DNA of 64,000 bases from the IMG/VR virus record IMGVR_UViG_3300010998_000001, positions 27,477 to 91,476 of that record; one strand, given 5' to 3'. Each line of letters begins with the position of its first letter. Position 1 is the first letter of the stretch. The stretch is from a virus (taxonomy: Duplodnaviria; Heunggongvirae; Uroviricota; Caudoviricetes). Of this stretch, positions 46,901-55,754 are shown piece after piece. Made by a program: the position numbers and the translations under genes. The notes beneath the pieces were generated by a model. It saw only the letters and a list, made by a program, of their open reading frames with translations. It was not told the origin of the DNA and did not search any database.

Positions 46901-49410
46901 CCTTTATTCAGGTGCCCAAGAACGGGGCCATTAACGCCCGCCAAATATGCACTACCATTAGATACGACCAACTCTGGCTTGGGAGTTCCAGATGGTGAGT
47001 ATTCGTCGCCAAGTAGGGAAGTACCAGACTTGGCATATTTGGTGCCAGCCGCGTTAGATTGCACATTTCTTGTATTAACAGTTATAGTGACAGTCTTACT
47101 CTGAATACTGGCAATATAACTCCGCAAAGCAAGCACATTCGCCCTGGCTGTTCCAGTATTATCTAGAACAGTTGCTTGAGTATTTTGTGGCAAACCATTA
47201 AGTAGATCATAAATAGCCGTAATTTGCGCATTAGCATCATCTGTATTACCATTGAGTATAGCTTGCCAATCTGTTCCAACCAATTCTTCTAGTTGTGTTT
47301 TGGTAGCATCAATAGCAATCGTGGCGGGGCCGTTATCGGTATCAATAGTGATTTCTATTGTCGTATCACCGGAAGCGCCGCCAACGTCAATACCTTGACT
47401 TAATGTTTCTTTCGCGTTATTATAGGCTTCAATAACAGCTTGTGTAGATTGATCAAGAGCTTCGGCAGAAGCGTCGAATGTTCCCGTTTCAATCGCGGCA
47501 ACATCTAAATCTGTTCCATCAAGAGCCTGTTCCAGCGCCATATTTAGCGCAGCAAGTTTTTCCTCGGTTGTGCCAGCCTCGTTTGCGATATTCTGCATAA
47601 ACGAGATAACATCTTCCGGGGTTTGAAGGTCGATCTCATGGAACTGCGCAGCTCTCATGATAAGGTCATATAATGCGCCTTCGTCAATTTCGAGCCATTC
47701 AGCTAGCTCGGCCAGATTTGCGTTATCAATGTCAAAGGTAAGTTCTCCGTCCGCGTACTCAAACTCATTGAATAGAGCGGCAACCTCCGGGTGGAGATCA
47801 ACCATCTCTTGCAGATCGGTTAAGAAAGCATCCGTGCCAGAGTAATCGTCGCCAGAGAACCATGCGTTCTTAGCTTCAACCCAGCCCCAAAGAGCATCGG
47901 CATTGTGGGACTCGATCATCTCCATTGGAGCGCCCATGGCCTCGGCAATATCCCAAAGGTTAGACTCGCTACCAATTAAGCCACCCTCGAACATCTCAAG
48001 CATCTTGCTCATACCAGAAACACGAGAATCCCAACCAGCGTCGTTATTCTCATTCATAGCATCATTCAACGCCGAGATTGCATCGTTAGAGGCGTTGATC
48101 GCGTCGGATAGTGAGATATACTTATCGGATAGACTTTCTATGTATTCACTTGTTTCCGATGCCGCCTCAGAAGCATTGTGTAAGTATTCGCTGATTTGAT
48201 CTAAATTCCATCCAGAAATATCCTGGTTTTGCATTAGATCAAACAAATCTCTTAATTCATTAACGCTTAAATGACTAAGAAAATCATTCCAATCTCCCCA
48301 ACCAACATCAATATTGTCTGGTTTGAGTTTACGAAGTTGACTTAGAACTTCATCAACATCAATCGCGCCAATAGCAGAATTGATTGTATTAGCCAGATCA
48401 TCAACAGATATTCCGGCTTCATCAGCCGCCGCCGCAAGTTCTGGAAACAGAGTTCTTAACTCGCCGCCACTCATTCCATTCATCGTGTCGGCAAGCTCTT
48501 TAGCATCATCTACCATTTTAGAAATAGAAGAATCAGATATGAACTCGCTTATCTTTCCTTGCGCTCTTGCAAATTCATCATCACCATATAGGATATAATC
48601 ATATAAAGCATCAATCCGTTCAACATCTTCCTGATAATCTTCATATCCGTATATAGATGTATAGAAATCGTCTATTTGTGGCCGATAAGTTGTTACTTCA
48701 TTCTGCCAATAGAGCATAGCCTGATAAGCGTTTTGAGCTGCTGCGCTATTCTTATCAACTATGCCTTCATATTCTGCCGCTGCTTCATTTGCTTTCTTTT
48801 GCGCTCGATAAACATAATCAATAATATCAATGTGTTCATTCGCAGCGCCAGCACCACCAGCTAAAAAATCATACCAATGTTGCTCTCCGCCGTAATTTCC
48901 TGCGGTATTCCAAAGAAAGCCTTGATTATTTACCGCATCATGAGCATCACTAGCAGCTTGCATACCTTGTTTACGAGCATCTTCTTCGCGCAATGCGATT
49001 TCACGCTCAAGCAAAGCATTGGCCGTTTCAAGCTTTGTTAATTCCTGTTGTTCAACTAGGGTTAGAGAACCTTTCGCTTTCAGTTCATCAATGCGATCCT
49101 GAGTAGTTTGAAGTTCTCCATTAAGATTATCAATTTCAGATTTCGTCTTTTCATAGGCTTGACGAGATTCCTCTGCCTTTTGAGTTGCTTCTGAAAACGA
49201 AACAACAATAGAATCTATGACAATCGCCGTAGCCGCTAGTGCCGCAATAGCAATAGCCGCTGGGCCAAGTACAGCAACAAAAGTTTCAGCCGCTGCCGCC
49301 GACATTCCGAACCCATTAACTAGAGCTGCCGCCATTGACGAACCAGCAGTTTGTACCCCTTTCATTACTGTCAATCCAGTACGGAGTGTAGTAACGAAAG
49401 TTTTAATATT
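43984..49410 (-). CDS. tape measure protein, exon 2
   Basis: Long helical/coiled-coil ORF ending in a typical TMP C-terminus (GGEVDFTGLAWLDGT...E.VL). No SD before ATG 49425. In-frame fusion to exon 1 after removal of 49411-50712. Confidence 0.88.
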   Translation of the reverse strand, partial: NIKTFVTTLRTGLTVMKGVQTAGSSMAAALVNGFGMSAAAAETFVAVLGPAAIAIAALAATAIVIDSIVVSFSEATQKAEESRQAYEKTKSEIDNLNGELQTTQDRIDELKAKGSLTLVEQQELTKLETANALLEREIALREEDARKQGMQAASDAHDAVNNQGFLWNTAGNYGGEQHWYDFLAGGAGAANEHIDIIDYVYRAQKKANEAAAEYEGIVDKNSAAAQNAYQAMLYWQNEVTTYRPQIDDFYTSIYGYEDYQEDVERIDALYDYILYGDDEFARAQGKISEFISDSSISKMVDDAKELADTMNGMSGGELRTLFPELAAAADEAGISVDDLANTINSAIGAIDVDEVLSQLRKLKPDNIDVGWGDWNDFLSHLSVNELRDLFDLMQNQDISGWNLDQISEYLHNASEAASETSEYIESLSDKYISLSDAINASNDAISALNDAMNENNDAGWDSRVSGMSKMLEMFEGGLIGSESNLWDIAEAMGAPMEMIESHNADALWGWVEAKNAWFSGDDYSGTDAFLTDLQEMVDLHPEVAALFNEFEYADGELTFDIDNANLAELAEWLEIDEGALYDLIMRAAQFHEIDLQTPEDVISFMQNIANEAGTTEEKLAALNMALEQALDGTDLDVAAIETGTFDASAEALDQSTQAVIEAYNNAKETLSQGIDVGGASGDTTIEITIDTDNGPATIAIDATKTQLEELVGTDWQAILNGNTDDANAQITAIYDLLNGLPQNTQATVLDNTGTARANVLALRSYIASIQSKTVTITVNTRNVQSNAAGTKYAKSGTSLLGDEYSPSGTPKPELVVSNGSAYLAGVNGPVLGHLNKGDVVYTAAETRKILANNDFSDAIPAFAAGRSGYTTYSLSGGKSTGYSGTSSTSSSSSSSKSSSSSSSSSSSSSSSSSSSDDLETIDWIEIAINRIEDAISNLKETADSTYLSLKGRMAATYDEIELVAQEIDLQTRAAERYLQQANSVGLSSDLAAKVREGIIDINDYDDATAELIKKYQEWYEKSLECSKAVDTLHETLASLYEENFTRAQTDFEQQLDLIGHLATTYNNGLDLLEERGRLAATSYYTALQKAEKQNKEVLEAELKELTRAMSEAVNSGEIEEGSEAFNQMQININKVKEALDEADISLAKYAKTMRELEWSYFSFTQDRIGQMTQESDFLMSLLTGDNVDKQGNFTDTGLTNLGLHGMNYNIYMNQADQYAKEIKKINEDIAKDPYNTDLITQREKLLKLQQDSIKAANDEKDAMVALVEEGIKAQLDALKELIDSYEDSLDAAKSLNDYRKNIEKQTANIASIQKQITAYGGDSSEENISRLQKLNQELIDAQEELEETQYDQYIKDQKKLLDDLYLEYETTLNTRLDDVDLLISELTDDVNFNADTINKTINDAAKSVGYTISGELSTLWKQAATTAEDIKAAINGGDSGSLANMLINTLQSEGKLSAADAEKLKNAINGGDNSLATKLINQLITEGQLSSADAELLKKAMNGEDDNSVAKRILATTGAITTYSNNFTSTMTTTNAAINGIKAYTDGLIKKSEEEATAKIAATATTTEVDKSVVPATQNGESTKKEEQKETTSTFTAPTLTDSIKKHVAAAIWNGNYGWSTNPTRANRLTEVFGSGNGIQTIVNKGYSYTSSYSPKGYSYKEMRKKFKNYKRGGEVDFTGLAWLDGTPGRPETVLDAEDTKNFVNLRDSLRAIAKQPLSLLNGGNYSYSYSDKAADIASSVLSRLGSGADTGTNIGDINLNIEIDHVQDYNDLVRQMQSDKKFEKLIEAMSINKLVGRSSMDKYRIRF

Positions 49411-49460
49411 CAAATTGTTTGTCATATGTATTTCTGGTTACATATTAAGGAGGTACATTT

Positions 49461-50051
49461 ATGCAATATTCAATCGCAGATGAAATTAGAAAACTAAAAG
49501 ACCTTGCAGATGAAGGCATAATCACTCAAGAGGAATTTGAAACACAGAAAAAGAAAATTCTTAACAATGATGTTTCAGACACTCAATCTAATCCTGCAAA
49601 CATTCCGGCAATAGAAGAACTCTATAAGGTTGTTTTAAATGAAATTCCAACAAAATCTAAAGAGGCAACCATTAAAATGATCTGCATTACAAATTCAATT
49701 GGTTACAACGAAGCATGGGCCATGGCTACCAATCCGCCAACAGTAATACGAACAGGCATGAATATCACACAGGCCGAAAGTTTGGCGGCAAAGTATGAAC
49801 AGCTAAAATGTAATGTATCTATTGAGCTGGACAATAATGCAATGCAAGTAGAGGCGCGGCGTAAAGCAACCATATCTAAAGATATGGAAAATGAAGATAA
49901 ATTGCGCTGTCCTAAATGCGGCTCTTTTGCAATTACAACTGGCGCACGAGGCGCTAATTTCACGTTTGTTTTGTTCGGCGCTTCAAAGACCGTCAACCGA
50001 TGCGGCAAATGCGGATACACATGGAGTCCGGCAACAGGGAGGAAGGTCTAA
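49461..50051 (+). CDS. intron-borne antisense cargo gene: SHOCT + ribosomal L7/L12-like + zinc ribbon
   Basis: SD AAGGAGG (49447-49453). IADEIRKLKDLADEGIITQEEFETQKKKIL (SHOCT), a central segment resembling the L7/L12 C-terminal fold, and CPKC...CGKC with a hydrophobic loop. Confidence 0.85.
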   Translation: MQYSIADEIRKLKDLADEGIITQEEFETQKKKILNNDVSDTQSNPANIPAIEELYKVVLNEIPTKSKEATIKMICITNSIGYNEAWAMATNPPTVIRTGMNITQAESLAAKYEQLKCNVSIELDNNAMQVEARRKATISKDMENEDKLRCPKCGSFAITTGARGANFTFVLFGASKTVNRCGKCGYTWSPATGRKV

Positions 50052-50167
50052 ATCTTGCGCCGCAATAAAAATTTTAACCACTACATATAGTGTCAATGAA
50101 TTATACCACACGCAATATATAGTATTATTTTGCCGATAAAATTTGTCTTTTAACTAATATAAATACT

Positions 50168-50203
50168 AATACATCTAGTATTATTAACTAGATGTATTTT
50201 TTT
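50168..50203 (+). terminator. intrinsic terminator of the cargo gene
   Basis: Perfect 12-bp stem AATACATCTAGT/ACTAGATGTATT with a T tract on the + strand. Confidence 0.8.
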
Positions 50204-50712
50204 CTCCATCCAGAAAAACAACCAAGGAGAAGTGGCTGATTTATTTTACAAACTCTATGCTACTTCTAACATTGGAATGCCGTGCTGTTGCCAGCGAGCA
50301 TAGAACTATCGCCGCCAAATAAATAAACTCGACAATAGTAATTTCGACTGTATATCACGCTTAATCAAAATAATGTTTGACAAATATAAAATAGTCATGT
50401 ATAGCAAATAATAATGATAGCGAACCCCCTTACAGTCAGTGTGCCTTCCCGTTTTTCGCGCCAAGTAGATACTTGCCCAAGGCGAAACAGTCCCGATCAT
50501 AAGAAGGGGAGAGGGGCTTGGTGGCGGACTACTCATTGTGATAACCTTTAGCATTATGATTTAGCATGGGTCATCCGCTGTTTCTTTCTGCCTTTCGGCG
50601 GCTGTCACGCTCATCCGTTAGGATCACGTTGTAGCACAGCGGCATTAGAGCTTCCCCGCAGTTTGAGGGTTTATGCAAAACAGGCTTGCGCCTGTAAAGG
50701 GCAATTTTGTTT

Positions 50713-52653
50713 ACCAAAGTTTTTGATTAGGGCGACTAATCCGCCAGCTCCGGCCAGAGCCGCAAGAGTTCCACCGGGGCCGAGTTTTTCAGTGATCTTG
50801 TCAACCACTTCGAGGATAGAGGTTAGAGCTTCTACCGCATTTCCTATATCTTCGCGTGGGAACAAATTCTGAATTATTCCAGTTCCAGTCTCTTTGAGAG
50901 CATTTAGTTTATACTCAAGAGACTCCATAATAATAGACATCTCTGCGTCGGCATTGCCAGCAGAGTCCTCCATTTTAGACATGGCTTCTTCTGCCGCGCT
51001 AAAGTTTTGTAGGATCGCCGCACCGATCTGAGCACGAGTTTTACCGAATAGTTTCTCTAAGAGTCCTGCTTGCTGTTTATCGGTGAGATCGTCCCAAATG
51101 TATGAGATGTCGCGCAAAATCTCATAGGTGGATTTGTATGTATCCGCATCCTCCATAATCGAGATTTTACCATTTGTAAGTTCCGAAATGTCAGATTTAA
51201 TATTAACTAGGCTTTCGTCCAGTTGCTCGGTTTCCTCATCCATTCCGCGAATACGCATTGAAATTGTGCGCAAACCGTTACCAACCTTGCTGGCATTCTG
51301 CGTAATCTCAGTACCAGCCGTAATAAGGGCAATCGTTTCTTCTAGCGTATTGTTCGCTGCCGCCATAGCAGATGATGAGTTCATAAGACCTTCGGAAAGG
51401 TCAGCGTTTGAAAGCGCAAAGTTGTTACCAACAATATTAATCTTCGACATGATGCCATCTAGCACTTCGTTAGTCTGCACATCAAATGCTTTCATAACAC
51501 TAACAAGAGTACCAGTTGAATCATCAATGCTCATGCCAGGAGAGATAGATGCAAACTGCGCCGCAAGCTTTGACATTCTAGTAGCATCTTCATAACTACC
51601 ATATCCAAGGCGGCTCCAATCCGCGCTTGTCTGAATAATCTCTTGTGTTGTGCGGCCTAGTTGTTTCGCTATCTCATTAGCATCATAATAATAACTAGAC
51701 AATTCGCTGCCAGTCATTGAAGAAGTTTTCTGAAGGTCAACTAACGCCGTGTCTAATTCAACAACTGTATTGATAGCTTCTTTAACTTCCGACGCAACTT
51801 TGCGGATCGCCATGGCTACGCTTGTGATGCCGATAGTCTGTAAAGCAATATTCTTTAATGAAGTTGCAAAAGTATTGGTAGTTAATCCTGCGGCCTGGGC
51901 CTCGGATTTAATTTTTGCAAACTCATCTCTAACCTGAGTTAATTTACCAGCATCAGTATTATTGTTTAGCTGTTGTTGCAACTGTCTAAGTTGATCGCCA
52001 TACTGTTGTGCAGCTTTAGTATTCTTCTGCATCCAACTTTCTATCTGATTAGAAAGCGTCGCAGATTTAGTAAGAGTCTGTTGCTCTCTGGCGACTTGTC
52101 TTAATGCGTCAGCTCTTTCTTTTTCTGCGCGAGCTGCCGTCTGTGCAGCTTCGCGTTCTAGCCTTGCCTGTGTGCTAATCTGTGTATTAGTGACAGATAG
52201 TATTTGATTAAACCGTTGCGCTGCGGCAACACGGTCTGAATCTGCAATGTTAGCATTATTCACAGTGTCAAATGCTGCCTGTAAGCTACGCATATTAGCC
52301 TGTAAGGAAGAAGATACATTTCCTAACTTATTAAACTCATTCATCGTACTAGTGAGTTTAGCTTGCAAACCACTAATGTTTAAGCTTGAAAATGAGTTTG
52401 TTAGGATTCTATTAATATCATTCCCTGCGGCCTGGGCCTTGGCTGTCAAACCTTTAAAATCAAACGCCTTACTAGTATCAACTTTAAGGCCCATATTATT
52501 AAGAGCGCTTTGAATTGCGCGAGTAAATGCAGCAGTATCGCCAATTTTAACGTTACTTAATTTAATCTCAGTATTGCCTAATTTTTTAATCTGGCTTTCT
52601 ACTTGTGATAAGTTATTAAGTTTGGCCGTTATTTTGGCGGTAAAATCACTCAT
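50713..52653 (-). CDS. tape measure protein, exon 1 (TP901-type TMP domain)
   Basis: ELDTAL.DL.K, S.DWSRLGY, GN..A+S, TQNASKVGNGLRTISMRIRG motifs. Start ATG 52653 with GGAAAGGAGG. The ORF as called runs 13 codons into the intron before a stop at 50671-50673. Confidence 0.9.
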
Positions 52654-52704
52654 AATAATTCCTCCTTTCCTCAAAAATTAGAGTGACATTATTATGAAGA
52701 ATTT

Positions 52705-53754
52705 TTATAAGTTATCTAAACTGTTCTGTTGAACTTGTTTAATTCCTTCAGCGCCAAAATATTTTTCAAATTGCTCTTCGCTTGGAGTATCATCGTAAAG
52801 CTTTACCATGTCGGCAGAATCCCATCCAACTATATCTTGAATTACACTATCTGGAATACCATACTCTTTCAGCCTTGTTGTAAAACGATGTCTCATAGAG
52901 TGCCAGTAAAATGGTTTCTTCAATTTGGCAGAAAACGTTTGCGCCAATGAATCCATCAGAGATACATCAATTTGTTCATCTAACCATTCGCCATTTTTAT
53001 ATTTCGGGAATAGCCAATCGCTCTCAATACCAAGCTTTTCTCTTTCCTTGAGCCACATATCTAAATATGGCTTAAATGGTTTCGCAAGAGTGTAAAGATC
53101 AAGTAACTTACCTTTTGATCCGCGTCCTTTGGTTGTAACTTTCTCTGGTGTTTTGTATAATGCGCCGCTACAAATTAGATTTTCATCATTAAAATAAGAT
53201 ACCTTAAATCTAGGTATCTCTGATTTGCGGCGACCGCCATTCATTGCCAAAGATAGCGCACACGCTTTCATATAATCTTTTCTTTCAATAAGTTGATCTA
53301 GCAACCCTTGAAGGTCATCATCTTGAAAGACGGACTTCTCACGAACTGTTTCATTCGCAGGAGATTCTATCTTTCTAACTATTGGTCTATAACCTTCATA
53401 CTCATCATCTAAGATAGCCTCAATAAAGTTTGATAGGGAACTCATAGTTGCCTTTACCGTTCTTACGCGCTTTGGCGACCAATGCCACTCGTTAATACAA
53501 TGATTCTGGAACTTAGCAATCTCTCTCTTTGTTAGATCAACAAAGAATTTATTTTTATTAAATTCCAGATTCCAACACCAAAACACATGAAGATTAGCTT
53601 TATATTGTTTGATTGTACTTGCAGCCCTATCTATGGATTGCAAATATTCTAAAAAATCATTCTCTAATTCTATGTTTTCAGGATTAACCTGTTTCATCTT
53701 TTCTTCGGATGTGATGTTGTTATAAACAGTTGAACGTCCTTCAACTCTTCCCAT
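52705..53754 (-). CDS. second tyrosine recombinase (XerC/D-like) in the tail module
   Basis: GGRRKSE, HSMRH, VGW....VKLY. No arm-binding N-terminal domain. Confidence 0.88.
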   Translation of the reverse strand: MGRVEGRSTVYNNITSEEKMKQVNPENIELENDFLEYLQSIDRAASTIKQYKANLHVFWCWNLEFNKNKFFVDLTKREIAKFQNHCINEWHWSPKRVRTVKATMSSLSNFIEAILDDEYEGYRPIVRKIESPANETVREKSVFQDDDLQGLLDQLIERKDYMKACALSLAMNGGRRKSEIPRFKVSYFNDENLICSGALYKTPEKVTTKGRGSKGKLLDLYTLAKPFKPYLDMWLKEREKLGIESDWLFPKYKNGEWLDEQIDVSLMDSLAQTFSAKLKKPFYWHSMRHRFTTRLKEYGIPDSVIQDIVGWDSADMVKLYDDTPSEEQFEKYFGAEGIKQVQQNSLDNL

Positions 53755-53765
53755 ATCATCACCAC

Positions 53766-54176
53766 CTAACTAAATCTTTCCGCAAATTCTTCCCATGCGG
53801 CCACCTGGATACGATTATCTGCGCGTTCCCAATAACCAGTTGTACCAACCGCAGGGCGTAATCCTTTAGCATGACCCTTATCAGTTAAAGTAAGAACATC
53901 TTTCATGCTAGGTCTTTTACCAGTGCTATACACATGAGAATCATCTAATTTGGCTTCAAATTCGATAGTGTTTCCATTATCTTTGATTGGCTCTACTTTG
54001 GGCGTTTCCCCTAATGCGCCAGTTCTTATATACATTGTTGGATACCCACCAGCATAGAAACCAGCCGTTTCTTGTTTCATAATCTCTAGTGATTCTCTAC
54101 TAATACTTTGCATGGCGCTCTTAATTTCATCTTTAATCATTTTCTCTAATTCAGCCATGCTACTTGCTTCTGGCAT
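53766..54176 (-). CDS. tail completion / HK97-gp10-like protein
   Basis: P.MY.RTG.L motif and position. Confidence 0.55.
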   Translation of the reverse strand: MPEASSMAELEKMIKDEIKSAMQSISRESLEIMKQETAGFYAGGYPTMYIRTGALGETPKVEPIKDNGNTIEFEAKLDDSHVYSTGKRPSMKDVLTLTDKGHAKGLRPAVGTTGYWERADNRIQVAAWEEFAERFS

Positions 54177-54180
54177 ACAA

Positions 54181-54627
54181 TCACTCCTTTAGAGTATCGG
54201 CTACCTTATCCGCTAATTGAGCTGCCGTATCACCATTCTTAATTCCTTCGGCAATTTCGCTAATCTTATCAATATTCTCTTGTGAAAGAACAGTTCCAAT
54301 GTTTGATAGCCAATTATTCACCAAATCCAATAAGTTACCTAGAGAACTCTTTTTCGTATTCACGATCTCCATGGCTAAACGATAAGCGTTAGCAAAATTT
54401 AAAGACTCACATGAATCAACATGGCAAATCTCTTGATAGAAACTTTTAACAAATTCTTCATCTTCAAGAATACCGACAAATATATCTAAATCTTGGATTT
54501 CTTCGCCAAGATGATTATAATTAAAGAATAATCTCATAGCATTAAATTCTCCAAGATGTGGTTGATATACGCCAGCGTCAAAATATCCATCGACAATATC
54601 ATCCACTAAATGAATAAACTCAAACAT
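54181..54627 (-). CDS. hypothetical protein, possible tail assembly chaperone
   Basis: Acidic 148 aa between the tail tube and the TMP. Function from position only. Confidence 0.5.
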   Translation of the reverse strand: MFEFIHLVDDIVDGYFDAGVYQPHLGEFNAMRLFFNYNHLGEEIQDLDIFVGILEDEEFVKSFYQEICHVDSCESLNFANAYRLAMEIVNTKKSSLGNLLDLVNNWLSNIGTVLSQENIDKISEIAEGIKNGDTAAQLADKVADTLKE

Positions 54628-54629
54628 AT

Positions 54630-55136
54630 TTATCCTCCATGACTTATTACTTGCGCAACAAAATCATCAACATCATATTTATATCGTGTGCGCAATTTTC
54701 TTTGTTTGATTTCAATTACATGACCGTCTAAGTCTTTTATGTTCAAACTCTTTTTTGTAGTATTTTCTACTAATTCATTAAAATTCTCTATGGGCAAAAA
54801 TATTGTTTTTTCTAATTCCCTAAACTCAATTATAAATCCACATACAGTGCCGCTATATTTGTTCCATTCATTTAATCCAGCTATTTGATGATAATGTATT
54901 TCTCCATCGTCCTCTTTTGTGCGTTCAAATGATATTGATTTCCCTTGCACACTTTTCAACTCTAATGCAAACAAATACTTGCCATTAAACATCAAAAAAT
55001 CAAATGGGCTTTTGCGACTGAATCTTAACGATGAACTACCACCAAATGATTGCGCGGCATCCGGCAAACGATATATAAGAATATTGTTTGGCGTAGAATC
55101 CTTCCACGCTAATTCAAACTTCTTACCTACATTCAT
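54630..55136 (-). CDS. recU: RecU-like Holliday junction resolvase
   Basis: GKKFE, SPFDF...ALELKS....SISF, HYHQI..L, GFIIEFR. Confidence 0.85.
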   Translation of the reverse strand: MNVGKKFELAWKDSTPNNILIYRLPDAAQSFGGSSSLRFSRKSPFDFLMFNGKYLFALELKSVQGKSISFERTKEDDGEIHYHQIAGLNEWNKYSGTVCGFIIEFRELEKTIFLPIENFNELVENTTKKSLNIKDLDGHVIEIKQRKLRTRYKYDVDDFVAQVISHGG

Positions 55137-55142
55137 TCCAAT

Positions 55143-55382
55143 TTATAATCTATCTTTCTTTTGTGATGATTCTTGCCACCTTTGATACACATACTTTGTT
55201 TCATCTTTATGAAACCATGCCGTTAGTTTTCCTGGTTTTAATTCATTTTCACATATATATTTTGGTTGACACCCATGCGACGTATAAAAAATAACCTGTC
55301 TAATATTATCAATGGCAACAAGATTCCCTCGCCCATAGCATTCAAACACTTCATCTAGGGAATCAAACTGAATCCGTGTCAT
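55143..55382 (-). CDS. small hypothetical protein (DUF5659-like)
   Basis: 79 aa with I.N..Q..FY...G.QP...AWF....T..VY..W. Confidence 0.6.
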   Translation of the reverse strand: MTRIQFDSLDEVFECYGRGNLVAIDNIRQVIFYTSHGCQPKYICENELKPGKLTAWFHKDETKYVYQRWQESSQKKDRL

Positions 55383-55420
55383 TCTCTTTCTCCCTCTATA
55401 TGGTTTAATATGGAAAACGC

Positions 55421-55459
55421 AAAAGAATAGGGAAGTAACGGATTAGCATTACTTCCCTA
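55421..55459 (-). terminator. intrinsic terminator
   Basis: TAGGGAAGTAA/TTACTTCCCTA stem followed by TTCTTTT on the - strand. Confidence 0.65.
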
Positions 55460-55484
55460 ATTCAAAAACTGTAATACAACCCGT

Positions 55485-55742
55485 TTATTCCACTTCGCCC
55501 ATTTCCAGAGCTTTTACGAAATCCTTTTCATCAGTTGTTTTCTTATTTTTTTCTTTCTTCGGAGCCTCTACTTTGGCTTCCTCTTTATAATCATCGGCAA
55601 CCACTTCATATCGACCATCCTCGAATTTGACATTTACGCGGTCAACTTTTCGGCCAATGGCCGGAACTTGAACGACAACTCCATCAAAATCAAAAACAGT
55701 GATCGCCGCATTGTTTTTAATCACGGGACAAAATTTAATCAT
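55485..55742 (-). CDS. hypothetical protein
   Basis: 85 aa with an AGGAG SD. Confidence 0.7.
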   Translation of the reverse strand: MIKFCPVIKNNAAITVFDFDGVVVQVPAIGRKVDRVNVKFEDGRYEVVADDYKEEAKVEAPKKEKNKKTTDEKDFVKALEMGEVE

Positions 55743-55754
55743 AATAATCTCCTT

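Larger units (their letters stand above)
49411..50712 (-). ncRNA. group I self-splicing intron in the tape-measure gene, with cargo in the P9 loop
   Basis: P1 GGU|AA..UUGCC with U.G at the 5' splice site. P2 ACAGGC-GCAA-GCCUGU. P3 AACCCUC (50671-50665) / GGGGGUU (50429-50423). P element AAACUGCGGGGAAG and Q AGUCCGCCACCAAG. P7 GACUGUA (50437-50431) / UACAGUC (50352-50346). P9.0 AAAUU/AAUUU next to omega-G 49411. P9 UUGUC/GACAA. P10 AUU/AAU. Confidence 0.9.

Noticed and set aside
49461-50051. Homing endonuclease in the intron
   Set aside because: No GIY-YIG, HNH, LAGLIDADG or PD-(D/E)xK motifs. The Cys pairs form a short zinc ribbon, and the gene is antisense to the intron.
50306-50872. ORFs 50306..50554 and 50663..50872, or a tRNA-like structure
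   Set aside because: They lie over the intron catalytic core and the exon 1 junction. The stems are explained by P1-P8, and no cloverleaf with T/D loops was seen.
43984-52674. Two independent TMP genes, a frameshift or a pseudogene
   Set aside because: The gap holds a full group I core with in-frame splice junctions, and the downstream ATG 49425 has no SD.
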